Origin: Octopus bimaculoides
Taxonomy: Eukaryota
Reading direction: 5' to 3'
Length of the DNA: 64,000 bases
NCBI RefSeq assembly: GCF_001194135.2
Contig: NC_068983.1
Location: forward strand, 62,945,133-63,009,132
The notes beneath the pieces were generated by a model. The model saw only the letters and a program-made list of their open reading frames with translations, did not search any database and had not been told where the DNA came from. This document shows positions 29,778 through 42,022 of the stretch, in pieces (positions within the stretch are counted from its first letter, which is position 1; each line of letters starts with the position of its first letter). The translations under genes and the position numbers were made by a program.

Positions 29778-30044
29778 AGTAATAATAAATACAAAAAAGG
29801 TGGGGTTTGACAGACTGTGTGTTAAAGTCTGTCATACCGGCCATGACGAAGGGAAATAGCCCTGAAACTCGAGTCGCCTTTATATATATATATTTATATT
29901 TATATATTTATATATTTGATCCTTTATATTGAACACTCAATATTTCATCTACATTCAATACTTTCTTTCATGGTGCCATCCATTTTTATTTTATTTTATT
30001 TTATATTGTATATTGTATATCATATTATATATTGTATATTCCAT
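29775..30044 (+). mobile_element. Penelope-like element end with a hairpin and hammerhead-like motif
   Basis: Begins after a (TA)n run. 9-bp hairpin TGACAGACT/AGTCTGTCA at 29808-29834. Runs into a gap. Confidence 0.55.
29839..29878 (+). ncRNA. Minimal type I hammerhead-ribozyme-like motif
   Basis: GGC-CA-UGACGA-AGGG(AAAUAG)CCCU-GAA-AC(UCGA)GU-C-GCC. Stems I, II and III can form, with a GUC cleavage triplet (after 29875). The nucleotide at core position 3 deviates from canonical C. Confidence 0.55.
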
Positions 30045-30507
30045 NNNNNNNNNNNNNNNNNNNNNNNNNNNNNNNNNNNNNNNNNNNNNNNNNNNNNNNN
30101 NNNNNNNNNNNNNNNNNNNNNNNNNNNNNNNNNNNNNNNNNNNNNNNNNNNNNNNNNNNNNNNNNNNNNNNNNNNNNNNNNNNNNNNNNNNNNNNNNNNN
30201 NNNNNNNNNNNNNNNNNNNNNNNNNNNNNNNNNNNNNNNNNNNNNNNNNNNNNNNNNNNNNNNNNNNNNNNNNNNNNNNNNNNNNNNNNNNNNNNNNNNN
30301 NNNNNNNNNNNNNNNNNNNNNNNNNNNNNNNNNNNNNNNNNNNNNNNNNNNNNNNNNNNNNNNNNNNNNNNNNNNNNNNGTATCTGACATTTAAGATTCG
30401 CTGTAATGGTTTTTTGTAAGGTGTCAAAATCATTGCAATCTCCTTCTGCTTCTCAGAGAACTTCTCCGCTCTTCAAACTATGTTTGCAATATATGTATAT
30501 GTATACA

Positions 30508-30543
<36 letters not shown>

Positions 30544-30852
30544 GTTTATTAAAAACAAAAAAAAAACAGGGGAAAAAGACACCAAAAAAAAACCACATCG
30601 TGAGGACATACACATGCAAAGTATTAATAAGACGCTCAGGGAAGGAAAAGAGTGGTTGTTTTACGTCTCAAGCTTAGTTCTTCACCGGAAACAAGAAACA
30701 TAAGAAAGTCCAAAGAGAAAGGAAGAAGTGGGCCGGAGAAAGAGTCAACAGTCCAACACGCACACACTCGCACACACGTTTGTATGCATGCATGCATATA
30801 TGTATGTATGTGAAGGCGCATGGCTCAGTGGTTAGAGCGTCGGGCTCACAAT

Positions 30853-31150
30853 CATGAGGTTGTGAGTTCGATTCCCAGACCGGGCTGTGTATTGTGTTGT
30901 ATTCTTGAGCAAGACACCTTATTTCACGTTACTCCAGTTCACTCAGCTTTAGAAATGAGCTGTGACATCACTATTGCCATGTTGTATCGGCATTTGCTTT
31001 ACTCTGAGATAACATTAGTGGCATGGCGATGGGACGCTGGTATGCATGGGAGACTGCTGGTCTTTCATAAACGACCCTGCCCGGACTTGTGCTTTGGATG
31101 GGAACATTCTAAGTGCAATCCCATTGTCATTCATGATTGAAGAGGGTATT
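30853..31150 (+). mobile_element. tRNA-derived SINE
   Basis: A-box TGGCTCAGTGG and B-box GAGTTCGATTCC, followed by a body (ttgagcaagacac..ctccagttcactcagct) also seen near 9760-9810. No tRNA 3' end. Confidence 0.85.
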
Positions 31151-32714
31151 TAACTATTTAATCACAACGTAACAGCTGAATTGAACATTTTATAACTTTG
31201 TTATTATTTTCCCCTTCAACACTACGATTTACGCCTTATAACCATATCATTTTCCGTTTCATTTGTACTGGCGAATTTAGGAAAAATTAAGATATTTCCC
31301 TTAGGTAGATACTTTGTAATTAATATTTTTTCTGATAGGTAAGCGCAAAAGAACAAAATGTAATCTCTGAAAAAGAAAATATTAAAGCAATTCCATTTCC
31401 AACTGAAACCAAATCAATCATTTCACCTACAACGCACAAATCTTTCGTAAAGACATGTCCGCAAAACCTCTCATATCTACTCCTCTAAAAAAAAAAAAAA
31501 AACATTCATGCCTAATCGGTTAAAAACCAATATCAAGTAGATTGAGATGCTTGAATTCCGGTGAGTTTTCCATTTCCTTGCAAAGCAATTTGACCCTAAA
31601 CCTAGTACATGATTATTTTTCTCTATTATCTTGCAACTTTAAGATTATCATTCCATTCGATAGTCGTTTTCCAGTATTTCTAACTTTTAAAGATGGTATA
31701 GTTTTCCGGTAGAGTACAGTGAGATATTGTTTATTAAATAGCTTCTTAATTTTAATAGACCGTTGAACAATCAACCACCCTGTACAATAAACGAACTTAG
31801 TTGTTTGATATTTCAGAATCTTGAGTATACACATGTGAATGATCGAATACCTTAACTCAAACCCAAGTTTTACCTAGGACTTAAAAGTTTTCATATCTTT
31901 CCAGGTTAAAAAATCACATTAAAATATTACAATCACTTGATTGGAAATATTTATCCAAAGAAAAATAATCGTTCTCTCAAAAATAAAAGAATATCTGTGA
32001 TTAGATTGCAGAGTAGAAAACGCGGAAAATTAAGAGCATTTGGTTTGTTTTTATACTTTCTATGTACAAATCTTGCAAATGATAAACCTGTTCTCTTTAT
32101 ATTCATTAGGTCAGTAAAATATATGAACGAGTGGCAATTTTAAGGTGAATTCAATCGATTGCATTATAAACATTGGACATGGAACTAGTCGGCAAAATAA
32201 TCCCTAGCATTGTAACTATGAAAGATAAAAATGAATAATTAAAACAAATCTTCCATGATAATCATCATATATAACAGAAGTAATCTAGGAAACAACGAAG
32301 AATATAGATAATTATATTTTACAATTAAGCTTTCATGTAATGTGAATGATCTTTACAATAGAAAATGAGAACCGCTTCCTTCAATACCAGATTGTTCTTA
32401 AGAAGAAAATGTTTTATTTAATTTTATTATTCATCGGATGAAGCTATCAAAACATATCGGGAAGTGAATTAAATGAGGCTCGATTCTTTCGAGTAGAAAA
32501 ATTGGAGAGTAGATTCAATTCATGTCTACGTTTGAAAAGAAGTAATGGATAATATAAATATAGGTTCTAGATTAACAGTTAACGAGTTCAGAATTCGTAT
32601 ATAATCTTTGGTTTAGAGATTAGGTTCAAATTATACTGTCAGAAATCGTGACAAGGAAATTAATAGGTAAGACAAATTGAGTTAATCTCTTGTAAATTAC
32701 TGCTTGTTATATTC

Positions 32715-32718
32715 TTTA

Positions 32719-32816
<98 letters not shown>

Positions 32817-32839
32817 CATTATCATCATCGTTATTATTA

Positions 32840-32882
<43 letters not shown>
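32715..32882. repeat. Long (ATT)n/(ATC)n microsatellite
   Basis: Directly visible, about 55 triplets. Confidence 0.97.
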
Positions 32883-32999
32883 GAGAGTTTTATTCCTGTA
32901 TTTTTTTTTGGGGGGGGGGGAAGTTGCCGAGTGGCTTCCCGACACCTAAGGCATAGAATCTCACGGTAGACAGAGATAGGCCAATTAAATAAACACAGC

Positions 33000-34160
33000 A
33001 GAATCTTCATTTACAAAATTCAGCAAAGTTATATAGAAAAAATAATTCTTTACATGGAAGGTTATCGTTATCACATCGCCAGCGCTCTTCTCATTACATG
33101 TGACATTGTAGGTAAAACAATCTTTTGCACTTCTTCCAGGGATGGTAAACCACACATTTGGCTAAGATCTAATGCATTCTTTTAGCTACACAGTCATACA
33201 TGCGCTGAAACCGTTTTTGTATTACGTTATTATACTCACACATGAGATGATTGATACTTCTAACTCCTTTCCTGTAGATTCTACCTACATTAAACTGAGT
33301 TTTCTCGATCCTTAACTCTATCAGATACTCCCTAATAGCTTGTACTTGAGCGGCTGTAATTAGCACTTCCGTCTCTCGTTTTAGGCTTCCGTCAGTCAAT
33401 AAGAGCCAGAATTATTTATCTCTAACATTCTTGGTTTGTTGTATGAATTGACCATATAATTTCATTTCTTTGCATCCACCTACTCTCTTGTTCTTCCTTC
33501 ATTTCCTGAATTCTCTTACTGTTTCAATATCATTTTAAAGTTCCAATAGTATTCTTTCTTTACTCTGCACAACATAATTTCCAACCCCAAATCTGCGCTA
33601 CCAACAGTGTCTCCTGCGTTTAGTAATCTTCTGTCACATTCCTTTCTTGGAAATGGAGTCTGTCGATACTACTTTTAGGGGTGGAGCGCGTTGTCCAATG
33701 TGAGCAGTTTTCTAGTTCTTCTATCCAAGTTCTGTCGTTCGTCTTTTGTCCATTTCAGAAAGGGTGTAGAACATCTTTATACTTTCATAGCCCTTATGTT
33801 TATGACTTGAATCATATTCCCTCCGTTTAATTTTATTTCGAGCACTTTTCTTATACTCATCTTCTACTCTTTAGTGACTTTCTCTCTCATTTTTCCTTCC
33901 ATTACCCTATTGTCTTGCAGCATCTCTAGGCATTTGTATCCCTTATTATTCTACATTGATCAAACGATGCTTTCTTGCGGTAATTATATGTCATCAGAGT
34001 TTATCTACATAATTTACACAGCACGCTTATTTAACCCAAACTGCACTCCAGTATTCTTAGTGAAATTTCTTTGCTATTTGAATCAGCGAATGTACATCTT
34101 ACATTCTGTATATAGTTTGATGTTAGCCTTATAAAGTGAGTTATTTCTTCATCTTGATTT
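33000..34160 (-). mobile_element. R4/Dong-like LINE fragment (post-RT and zinc-knuckle region)
   Basis: GSLKRETEVLITAAQVQAIR..INHLMCE..RMYDCVAK corresponds to the conserved LKKETEGLI.AAQDQAL..C..C..HI..GC..RHD block. Confidence 0.75.
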
Positions 34161-34162
34161 TG

Positions 34163-34235
<73 letters not shown>

Positions 34236-34238
<3 letters not shown>

Positions 34239-34510
34239 ATGTTTGACTTTTCCATTGTATTTCTACAAGTTGGCCCCAAGTCTTTCCCAGTAATCTCAAG
34301 AGACAACAAGCTAGAAGTTCATGTTGGTGTTATGCCTAGGTGTCATATATTCGGTTTTGCACATAGTATTATTCTAGAGAATGTTTAAGAAAGTTATGAG
34401 TTTGTTTTAAAACTTGAGATTACATAGACAGTAATTTACGTAGGATATGGGCAATTCCCATGAGCACTATCTTTTGAATTTCTGCCATTTTCGGGTTTCC
34501 TAGTTTGAGA
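34236..34510 (-). mobile_element. Short LINE 3' end with (AAT)n tail, probably R4/Dong-like
   Basis: Non-microsatellite block ending (minus strand) in aaagtcaaacatatagt(aat)n, lying between two ATT arrays. Family assignment is inferred from context. Confidence 0.4.
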
Positions 34511-34537
34511 TTATCATCATCATCATCCTCATAATCA

Positions 34538-34614
<77 letters not shown>

Positions 34615-35116
34615 GTTCAGTAGTTTTATTTTTATAACGTGCTTTCACTTCACTACCGAGCGCAGCTCTGTGCGCCTTGGGTATGCGCTGTGGTTTGCTG
34701 TGGTGCTCTTATGTTTACTGTATTGAAAGTGTTTTGCGTAGAATGTGTGCAGTACCCAGTAGTGCAATTTTCTGTATGTTATATATATTTGTAAGTCCTG
34801 GTGTTTTTGTTATGTATTTGTCTGANNNNNNNNNNNNNNNNNNNNNNNNNNNNNNNNNNNNNNNNNNNNNNNNNNNNNNNNNNNNNNNNNNNNNNNGGTA
34901 TTGATACATCAATTAGAAAGCAATTTTTTCTTCATGATCTTTGACAACTATATCTGGTCTATTTGCCTTAATTTCTCTATCTGTGTGTATTGGCATATCC
35001 TAGAGTATGGTTGCTTTCTCGTTTTTTGTGACCTTTTCTGGCGTGTGTTTATACCATCATTTTTGTGTTGTTATTCCATAGTGTTGGCATAGCTTCCAGT
35101 GTATATAGGTCCCAGC

Positions 35117-35117
<1 letters not shown>
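34615..35117 (-). mobile_element. Young 5'-truncated R4/Dong-like LINE, flanked on both sides by (ATT)n
   Basis: ATILXDMPIHTDREIKANRPDIVVKDHEEK..LIDVSIP [gap] NIQKIALLGTAHILRKTLSIQ. 3' UTR closely matches 56960-57060 in reverse complement. Confidence 0.9.
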
Positions 35118-35200
<83 letters not shown>

Positions 35201-35585
35201 GACACTGAGCTGACGGAACCGCTAGCACGCCAAACAAAATGCTGAGTAGCATTTCGTCCATCTTTGCGAGGTCCCTTTGTTCTGTTGGTGAGGAAAACAC
35301 TTTGTCCAGTCGACGCATCTCTCTCATATTCAAGATCTATCATATTAACTCCTTACCAACCACGAAGAAACTGATGTTAGTAAACAGAATTTGAACTCAG
35401 GAAACAGAGAGACAAAATAGATTCAGGCAGGTCTATTATCCGAAAAATGAAACATTTCGACAATCTACCACCTGAGATTACAACTATATTACAACAGCTC
35501 TGCAAATTTACCACCGTTCTATTGTTCCAAACTAATGTGTTTGAGTTTGTGTGTGTTTATCTATTCATGTGTGTATATACATATA

Positions 35586-36410
35586 CAGGGGTTGGACAAA
35601 ATAACGGAAACACCTTAAAATTTGAAACAAATTTATTTTAATATGGGGTAAGACCGCCTTCGGCAGTAATTACAGCTTGAATTCTAGAAGATGTGGACTC
35701 GACTCGTACAAAGTTTGAATTGTTTCCAAAGGAACATTTGTCCATTCTTCAGCTAAGACAGTCTCCAGTTCTTGCAGTTCTTGTATCGACTCTTTACTTG
35801 TTTTTCTAAAATGCACAATAAATGTTCAATAATACTGAGATCTGGGGACAGTGGGGGCCAGATATGATGTTCAACTTCACTAGAGTGTTTCTTGTGCCAT
35901 TCAGTAACAACTTTAGCTGTGTGAATTGGTGCATTATCATCCTGAAAAATTGCGTTTCCTTCCGGAAACAGTTCAGCAACCATAGGATGAATTTGATCAG
36001 ATAAAATGTTTAAATAATCTTGCCTATTAATTATGCTATGAAGAGAAACCAGTGGGCCGGCAGATTTCCAAGATGTAGCCTCCCAGATCATCACAGATCC
36101 TCCTCTATGTATAAGAGTTGGAAGAAGGCAGTCTGGGTCAAATGCTTATTTTGACTGTCTCCACACGTATACTCGGCTTGTAGTCGGAAATAAGGTAAAG
36201 GATGACTCGTCCGAGAAAATAACATTCTTCCACTGCTCTAGCGACCAATTCTGGAGGTTTTCACTCCACTCTAAAAGCTTTGCAACGTTTGTTTTTGAAA
36301 GTAGTAGTTTTCTGATTGCAGCCCTCCCGTGAAATCCGGCTTTGTGCAGGTCCCGGCGAACAGTTTTTGTGGAAACTTGGTTCTCGAGGTGCAGTAATTT
36401 TGGGAGCTGT
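35586..36410 (-). mobile_element. Tc1-like transposon, 3' portion (5' end lost in gap), transposase pseudogene
   Basis: TA followed by terminal CAGGGGTTGGACAAAATAACGGAAACACC. Translation gives WKNVIFSDES, GGSVMIW, FQDDNAPIH and WPPLSPDLSIIEHL. In-frame TAA at 36146-36148. Confidence 0.92.
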
Positions 36411-37251
36411 NNNNNNNNNNNNNNNNNNNNNNNNNNNNNNNNNNNNNNNNNNNNNNNNNNNNNNNNNNNNNNNNNNNNNNNNNNNNNNNNNNNNNNNNNN
36501 NNNNNNNNNNNNNNNNNNNNNNNNNNNNNNNNNNNNNNNNNNNNNNNNNNNNNNNNNNNNNNNNNNNNNNNNNNNNNNNNNNNNNNNNNNNNNNNNNNNN
36601 NNNNNNNNNNNNNNNNNNNNNNNNNNNNNNNNNNNNNNNNNNNNNNNNNNNNNNNNNNNNNNNNNNNNNNNNNNNNNNNNNNNNNNNNNNNNNNNNNNNN
36701 NNNNNNNNNNNNNNNNNNNNNNNNNNNNNNNNNNNNNNNNNNNNNNNNNNNNNNNNNNNNNNNNNNNNNNNNNNNNNNNNNNNNNNNNNNNNNNNNNNNN
36801 NNNNNNNNNNNNNNNNNNNNNNNNNNNNNNNNNNNNNNNNNNNNNNNNNNNNNNNNNNNNNNNNNNNNNNNNNNNNNNNNNNNNNNNNNNNNNNNNNNNN
36901 NNNNNNNNNNNNNNNNNNNNNNNNNNNNNNNNNNNNNNNNNNNNNNNNNNNNNNNNNNNNNNNNNNNNNNNNNNNNNNNNNNNNNNNNNNNNNNNNNNNN
37001 NNNNNNNNNNNNNNNNNNNNNNNNNNNNNNNNNNNNNNNNNNNNNNNNNNNNNNNNNNNNNNNNNNNNNNNNNNNNNNNNNNNNNNNNNNNNNNNNNNNN
37101 NNNNNNNNNNNNNNNNNNNNNNNNNNNNNNNNNNNNNNNNNNNNNNNNNNNNNNNNNNNNNNNNNNNNNNNNNNNNNNNNNNNNNNNNNNNNNNNNNNNN
37201 NNNNNNNNNNNNNNNNNNNNNNNNNNNNNNNNNNNNNNNNNNNNNNNNNNN

Positions 37252-37313
<62 letters not shown>

Positions 37314-38396
37314 TAAGGAGATGTAGACAGACAGTAAGACATTGATAAAGAAATTGACCGACATACTCATATTCGAATAACGAGCAAGTGCGTATCAATG
37401 CAAAGCACATTTTACTCTAAACGCATACACGTGTGTACAGTGTACACTCACAGAACAAACACACGCACATACAGACACACTCACGCACGCACCTACACAT
37501 CACGTTGTATTATATCAAAACAACACACCGCTTGAATGGTGAAACTAACTAAAATTATTTTCCACGCTTGAACTTCAATAACATTAACAATTCCATCTTT
37601 TATGATTATATTATATTCTTCCTTTTTTTTTTTGCTTTTTTTTTTTCAAAACACCCAAAACATTCTTTAGAACCAAAGAAATGGAAAGAAAATCATTATT
37701 ATAGCACTTTCTTGCATAAAAAGCTGTTCTTATATATATATGTACACATATATCGTCTATTATTTTTTTTTATCTGGTGTTTAATCCTCAGATCGATATC
37801 GTTGATCGAACGTAAGATAATGTTTACTTCCTGTAAATTACCGAATCACTAATGTGTAAAGAGTTACACAATTATATGAATGTCTTTTTCTCAACGGATC
37901 ATTCTTAATTCTTTCTATGATAGAGTGCACAAATTTTGCATTACATGTAATAATAACTCTGCAAATATTTGTTCAACGTTTGTTTATCAAATGGATTTTG
38001 CAGAATATGGAATTTGGAGAGAAATCTCACTCTGCATATACACAAAACTAATGTATTTGGAGGTACTTTAGAGGCAAATTTATTCCTGTGGTACTGCCTA
38101 GTATTACCATTAGATGGCGTTCCATTTTTATGCTCATACCTCTTGCAGTCATTGGACTCTGGCCAGAGCTTAGTTGATCAAACCGACCCCGGTGCTAACA
38201 GTTTTGTTATTTCTTCAAGCCTGGTATTTATTCTATTGTTGTCTAATACTGTACTATTAAATTACACAAACATACCATTATCGACTGTCAAGCGATGAGT
38301 TACAAATGTAAAGAGACACAACGCCCATGTGTGTGGATCTCAGCAATTGATATATATATATATATATGTTGTTGTACTTGGGGATGGTCATATTGC

Positions 38397-38440
<44 letters not shown>

Positions 38441-39140
38441 TAACACATGTGCATACATGTATGTCTGCTAAGAATACAGATGTGTCCGGAGACAATGTTG
38501 AATATAGTATTTATTTACTTCAGTAGCATTATTTTATTCTCAAGCTCATTTTCGCTTTTCTCTTTGCAAGCAAGAGAGAGAGAGAGGGGGAGACAGAGAG
38601 ACAGACGGACAGGCAAAAAGACAAGCTGACAGACAGACATTTAGAAAGTTGTCATTTTCGAAAGATGAAAGCATATTCATTGTCGTAAAAAATAGTGAAG
38701 GAGAATAGCTATCTTGTTCAATTGTTCGCGTACACCTAGTTCAATATCTTGGGTTGTTACAGGGAACTGATATTATGAAAGGTGGATAGGTACCTATCAT
38801 TCTGAGCAGCCATCAGCCATGACAGATAACAGGAACTTTGAAATCAACGGGATTTAAAAGGATGCAATAGTAGGAAGGTGGATGAAGGTAGTTGTGAAGA
38901 GAGAGATGGAAGAAAGTAGTAACAGAGAAAGTGGAAGGTGAGAGGGACATTATGAAACCCAACTAACACCAATGAGTTCGGTTACCAGTTGGGTTATATT
39001 GATGTTAAAGAGGATTTCGGATAATTGCATGAATGTACATAAATGTTTATCTGTGTGTGTCTTTATTTATGTATAATTATATTATTACTCTAGATCTAAC
39101 ATATTGTTGTTTTGCTTTATTTTTTTTTCCCTGTCTTTAG

Positions 39141-39336
39141 TTAACTATGCTATCAGCAAATGATTATAGCTCTTTCCTTTTGTCAAATTTTAAACAACAA
39201 ACACAATAGAAAGAAACAAAGAAGCAGGCAATTTTTAGTTTGTAATTGAAAAATTAAAAACACTGAATGAAATTTCAATTCAATCTGTCACAGAATTACT
39301 AGATTCACGAGATGAACTCATTACAGAGTAATTAAA
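39141..39336 (+). other. Candidate non-coding internal exon (possible FxRIa 5' UTR exon)
   Basis: CTAAC at 39096-39100, T-rich tract, TTTAG| at 39140, and donor AAA|GTGAGT at 39337. Lies in non-repetitive sequence and contains only short closed uORFs. Confidence 0.25.
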
Positions 39337-39742
39337 GTGAGTACCGTCTTCGAAAAAACGAAGAGAACGAAGTAACTGACACGTTACTTCAAACATAAAA
39401 CGGCCGCAAGTCTTTAAATTTTCGTTAAAACATCATAATTACTAATATTTCAGGAGAAATTAGTTTGTATAAACTATATATATATATATATATATATATA
39501 AACTTCACCTTGCTTTAGGCTGCTCTATAATGGAACATTTTACAAGGGTTGGAAGTCCTGCGTGAAGATCAAATTTAGATGTATGATTTGAAAAAAAGCA
39601 AAATATATCAATAAATAAATAAAATTAAAATAAGAAATATATTATGGAGATGATAGAAATATTCTCATAATTTTTTTATAGTTTTAATATATTCATCTCT
39701 GTCTGTTTGTCTGTCTCTCTTTCTCCTCTACCCGACTCTCTC

Positions 39743-39780
<38 letters not shown>

Positions 39781-40561
39781 CCTCTCTCTCGCTCGATCTT
39801 TCTCACGCACACATACAGATAGATGCTCTGGTTGTAATTTACTTAGGTCTTAAGGCCCGTATATGTACCACAAAACAACTGATTATTGATCACCACTTAA
39901 GAAGTCATTAGTTAATCTTTACTTTCATAGTCCAAGTGTGTATTTGTCTGCAAATTGAGCTAATCAAAAATAATTTACAATTCAAAACAACATTCACCTC
40001 CAAAGTGAACACATCCATCGACTTTGTAATGAAAGAACCTCCATGTAGTTAATGAACCTGCTAGAACTAACTGCCAAATCTACTTCAAATCACACTCAGT
40101 AAATCTTTTAAAAGAAGGTGAAAACACATTATCTGAAAAAAATGCTTGGATGGTCAACGCGAGATTGCTTTTGATCATAGGCCAGCTTAATCAGACCTGA
40201 GCAGTATGATAATAACAATAACAAATATTCCTCGGTAGGAAGACGGTTTAACAAGGAAGGCCCTTGTCAGTGCTAAACTGACTAGAGTCAGCGTTAAGGT
40301 TTTTAGTATGGTTCACTAGTTACAAGAGTGAAGTGTCTCTGTTTCTATCCTGTTTTAAAATCTCAATGTACCAGGCCATTGTGTACGTGTTTTGGCTAGA
40401 ACGGCGTTTAAAGCTGAAGATGGGATACAATTGACTGAGCATTTGACCAGTAAGGTAGGACACCACTGATTCCGTCAGCTACAGCACTGTCACTTTTTTC
40501 TGAAGCAGATCTCAATCAAAAGTCACTGAAACATGCGGAATAATGTAGCCTTAAATATAGG

Positions 40562-40699
40562 CATAGGCGTGGCTGTGTGGTAAGAAGTTTGCTTCCTGAA
40601 AATATGGATCTGGGTACAGTCCCACTGCATTTTAATATAAGCTCGGGCCGACCAAAGCCTTATGAGTAGACTTGTGGCACGGACTCTGAAAGAAGCCCG

Positions 40700-40741
<42 letters not shown>

Positions 40742-41030
40742 GAGAATGTACGAAAAAACAACAACAGACGAGGACAGGTGGTGTAAATAACAAAAGGATG
40801 TATTGTGTGTGTGTATATATGTATACATGTTTGTGTTTGCATGTGCTTGTGTGTCTTTGTGTCTGTGTTTGTCCCCCATCAACGCTTGGCAACTAGTGTT
40901 AGAGTGTTTACGTCTCCGTAACTTAGTGATTCGGCAAAAGTGACCGATAGCATATATATCAGGCTTTAAATAATTAATGGCGTCGATTCATTCGGCTAAA
41001 ACGTCTTTCAGGTGGTGCCCCAGTTAACCA
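40562..41030 (+). mobile_element. SINE family B copy with a foreign insert at 40740-40803
   Basis: Same motifs as 16835-17180, interrupted inside its (TA)n. Confidence 0.78.
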
Positions 41031-41648
41031 TTACTAAACGATTTCCTTAGAAGCCTCTCTGTCAGTCTTTTATTAAATTATTCTGCATTTGAGAAATTTA
41101 TTTTACATTTCTCACGTTTCCTGCTTGACCTTATTCAATTTGATGTAAACTTCTAATAGCTCTGGGCAGCTGTAATGTAGTTGGTCGATCAATCTCAAAT
41201 CAAACCCTACAATTCTAAATAAAAACGAATATATAGGACAATGTGGTCCTTGATATCTTAAAATAAGTTGGTTACTGCTCGAATGCCTTTGGTCAAATAT
41301 GAAAACTGTCTTGCATTTAAACCACAACTACATCAACATGAATATTCCATCTTTAATTCTCATATGATAAATCTAATGCAGTCTTCCAAATGAGTGATAG
41401 CGTTTTAATTACAGTTCTTCAAGATGTAGTCTGTTGAGGTAGGACTGGGTGTCTTATTGCTTTCATTTATAAAGTCTATTCACTTCACTAATGTTGATAA
41501 CGCCGTTGAGAAAACAGAAATACACCGTAAGAGTTTTTTTTTCTACCTTGTTTGTCGAATGAATGAAGTCAAGATTTAAAACGAATTTAGTGAGAAAAAT
41601 CGTCCTTACTGTATTGCTTTAAGTATAAGAGGTATATGGAACTGAATA

Positions 41649-42022
41649 AGTGGAGGCGCAATGGCCCAGTGGTTAGGGAAGCGGACTCGCGGTCATAGGA
41701 TCGCGGTTTCGATTCCCAGACCAGGCGTTGTGAGTGTTTATTGAGCGTAAACACCTAAAGCTCCACGAGGTTCCGGCAGGGGATGGTGGCGAACCCTGCT
41801 GTACTCTTTCACCAGAACTTTCTCTCACTCTTACTTCCTGTTTCTGTTGTGCCTGTAGTTCAAAAGGGTCAGCCGTGTCACGCTGAATATCCCCGAGAAA
41901 TACGTTAAAGGTACACGTGTCCGTGAAGTGCTCAGCCACTTGCACGTTTATTTCACGAGCAGGCTGTTCAGTTGATCGGATCAACTGGAACCCTCGTAAG
42001 CGACGGAGTGCCAACAACAACA
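41649..42022 (+). mobile_element. tRNA-derived SINE (family C here), full length with 11-bp TSD
   Basis: A-box TGGCCCAGTGG, B-box GGTTTCGATTCC and (CAA)n tail. Direct repeat GGAACTGAATA at 41638-41648 and 42023-42033. Confidence 0.92.

Noticed and set aside
30857-30935. tRNA-like sequences (also 41652-41725 and 47325-47399)
   Set aside because: A and B boxes are present but they run into SINE bodies without an acceptor-stem 3' end. They are SINE heads, not tRNA genes.
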